A program made the translations under genes and the position numbers. The notes under the pieces were generated by a model. That model was given only the letters and a program-made list of their open reading frames with translations, was not told where the DNA came from and ran no database searches. Source: Fibrobacteria bacterium (GTDB lineage Bacteria > Fibrobacterota > Fibrobacteria > UBA11236). Taken from it: a DNA stretch of 64,000 nucleotides. The stretch is taken from NCBI GenBank assembly GCA_021155885.1, contig JAJNBB010000004.1, positions 5,725 through 69,724 on the forward strand, given 5' to 3'. The stretch's first letter is position 1. Each line of letters begins with the position of its first letter. Positions 62,586 through 64,000 of the stretch are shown here, piece by piece.

Positions 62586-63194
62586 TTACCGTGTTCTTAC
62601 AATGTCGAATTCCGAGAGTCGTTGACTTTTTTCATACGCATTTTCGATATACTTATCGGGGTCTGCCAAAAAGTCATCCTGTTCGATCAACGAAACATAA
62701 GATCCCTCCAAAATATTCACCGATTTGCAAGTCGGGCATGAATACTTCGGGGGATTTCCATTATACCGATTCCCAGTTATAATAGGATAAAGGAACGAAT
62801 TGCTTATGGATCGCGACTTGCAGCCATCCATATAGGTGTTTTGCCCAACAATCCAATCGTAACCACCATTATATTTCGCGATTACGCCAACGATTCCATT
62901 CGTGGAAGAGGCTCGCTCACCGCGGGAATACTGCCGCAACGAATACTCTATTTCCCAATCAATCCATTTGCTTTGGATCATGTTGGGAGAAACAACAACA
63001 ATGGTTACAGTGGTACCAAAAATCATATCGCCCAACTTGTTTCTAATGTGCTGGGTTGACAAATCAGTTAAGCTCGGGGACGAACTCGTTTCTCCCGTAT
63101 AATATACCGCATCCTCACCCAACGATTTTAGGATGGCGTCTCTAATACTCTGCGCTTCATTGTACTTGTAGGAAATGAAAGTCTTGCGTGCCAC
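62586..63194 (-). CDS. TIR-like (DUF1863 / ThsB-like) protein
   Basis: The gene lies in low-GC DNA. It begins (M)ARKTFISYKYNEAQ and contains TVTIVVVSPNMIQSKWIDWEIEYSL (Glu codon at 62952-62954) and IVGVIAKYNGGYDW. This parallels Bacillus ThsB as I recall it (MAKRVFFSFHY..., VLIG..T..R.WV.YEI). The GTG start at 63194 follows AGGAG (63200-63204) with a 5-nt spacer. An alternative ATG at 63230 would overlap the patatin gene by 16 nt. Confidence 0.7.
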   Translation of the reverse strand: MARKTFISYKYNEAQSIRDAILKSLGEDAVYYTGETSSSPSLTDLSTQHIRNKLGDMIFGTTVTIVVVSPNMIQSKWIDWEIEYSLRQYSRGERASSTNGIVGVIAKYNGGYDWIVGQNTYMDGCKSRSISNSFLYPIITGNRYNGNPPKYSCPTCKSVNILEGSYVSLIEQDDFLADPDKYIENAYEKSQRLSEFDIVRTR

Positions 63195-63214
63195 ATTTAC
63201 TCCTAGGCTGAGGG

Positions 63215-64000
63215 TTAAAATATTTCCCATTGCATTGCAGTAATTCCGTTAAGAAAACGAGACCTAACTTGGCTAAGCGTCTCTGCCTCAAGCGCCTCCC
63301 TACTGCCAAGCTCTATCAGTTCATCGATCTCATTTGGACTGTCCAGCTTATACAAGCCGTTGCTGGTCATTGTATTTACCCGAAGAAACCGAGGTTCCCC
63401 GACAAGACGCTTAGTCAACTTTAAAGAGGATTCTAATTGAGCATTCATAAGAAGCGAAAGAATTCTTTGTTTTCGTAGCCAACTAAATGCTCCTGCCCGA
63501 ATCTGCTTACGAACCGTAAAAGGCTCTTCTGTGGTGCCTAGACTAAGCACCTCAATTCGTTCAAGTGGTACGCGCAAAAATGTGGTCGCTTCAATTACGG
63601 CGGCCATGGCAGGAGAGTTAGCCCATACCCCTCCATCAAAATAATGGCTATCGGAAACCATAGTTGCGATTTTAGCTGCGGCGAAGAATGTAGGGGCTGC
63701 TGCAGTTGCAAGAGCTGCATGTGCGGCTTCAATGTCAGCATCTGATGTCAAATCTGGATGGTGAGGAGTACGGAACACGTGGGAAGACCCAGCAATGGCA
63801 TGGTATGCAGGTATTATAAGCCTGCATTTGGAGTCCTTCAAATATTTTTTAACGCCGTCAGAGTAATAGGCCGCTTCCAATTCCTTTAAAAGGGTTGCTT
63901 GCGCAAACTTCGGCGTAAAAATGTGTCTCGCGTTGTGCTTTAAGCGGCCCCCTAGCCGCGTCAATGGGAAAATGACTGGGCCCCTTTGGCGGTAAAAGTC
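63215..64000 (-). CDS. patatin-like phospholipase, 5'-partial (continues beyond the window)
   Basis: The frame is open to position 64000 (DFYRQRGPVIFPLTRLGG...). The patatin catalytic-Asp block SHYFDGGVWANSPAM is present (DGG codons at 63629-63637). The Gly-rich loop and GxSxG serine must lie upstream, outside the window. Confidence 0.8.
   Translation of the reverse strand, partial: DFYRQRGPVIFPLTRLGGRLKHNARHIFTPKFAQATLLKELEAAYYSDGVKKYLKDSKCRLIIPAYHAIAGSSHVFRTPHHPDLTSDADIEAAHAALATAAAPTFFAAAKIATMVSDSHYFDGGVWANSPAMAAVIEATTFLRVPLERIEVLSLGTTEEPFTVRKQIRAGAFSWLRKQRILSLLMNAQLESSLKLTKRLVGEPRFLRVNTMTSNGLYKLDSPNEIDELIELGSREALEAETLSQVRSRFLNGITAMQWEIF

Overview
High-GC chromosomal segment from a Gram-negative bacterium. 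Hand-counted 60-nt lines in core genes give about 65-72% GC. LPS heptose genes, a TonB-dependent receptor, T9SS-like C-terminal sorting domains and a TIGR02147-family gene suggest an FCB-group or Fibrobacterota-like organism, but the taxon cannot be fixed from sequence alone. I support about 60 protein genes, mostly housekeeping: hldE and a GT9 heptosyltransferase; metE/metR; pfkA; a Fur-family/dps/ahpC peroxide module plus a second dps; recF-DUF721-gyrB; argC/argB; accA-trm112-TPR-accB-accC; ribD-ribE-ribBA-ribH-nusB running straight into a 7-gene polyprenyl-phosphate/GT-C (DUF2723) glycosylation cluster; secDF; cydAB; nuoABCD. I saw no rRNA, tRNA, CRISPR array, transposase or integrase. Many long ORFs in the six-frame track are antisense high-GC artefacts, and many true genes start well inside the listed ORFs (trimmed below). 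The most interesting item is an abrupt low-GC island at the right edge (about 62.5-64.0 kb). It carries a patatin-like phospholipase gene (truncated by the window) followed by a ThsB-like TIR (DUF1863-type) gene. This is a candidate two-gene Thoeris-like anti-phage system with a lipase effector. The window also holds families of extragenic hairpin elements whose arms are short-oligo repeats: (GTTGTTGG)n/(CCAACAAC)n in 3 copies and G5/C5-run arms in 2 copies. One G5/C5 copy is translated in frame inside the heptosyltransferase and the other splits cydA from cydB. Further items are a perfect in-frame 36-bp tandem duplication in a methyltransferase, a phased-T-tract low-GC patch inside ribD, tandem PAS-AraC regulators, tandem paralogous lipoproteins, and clear MetR-like and PerR-like operator candidates.
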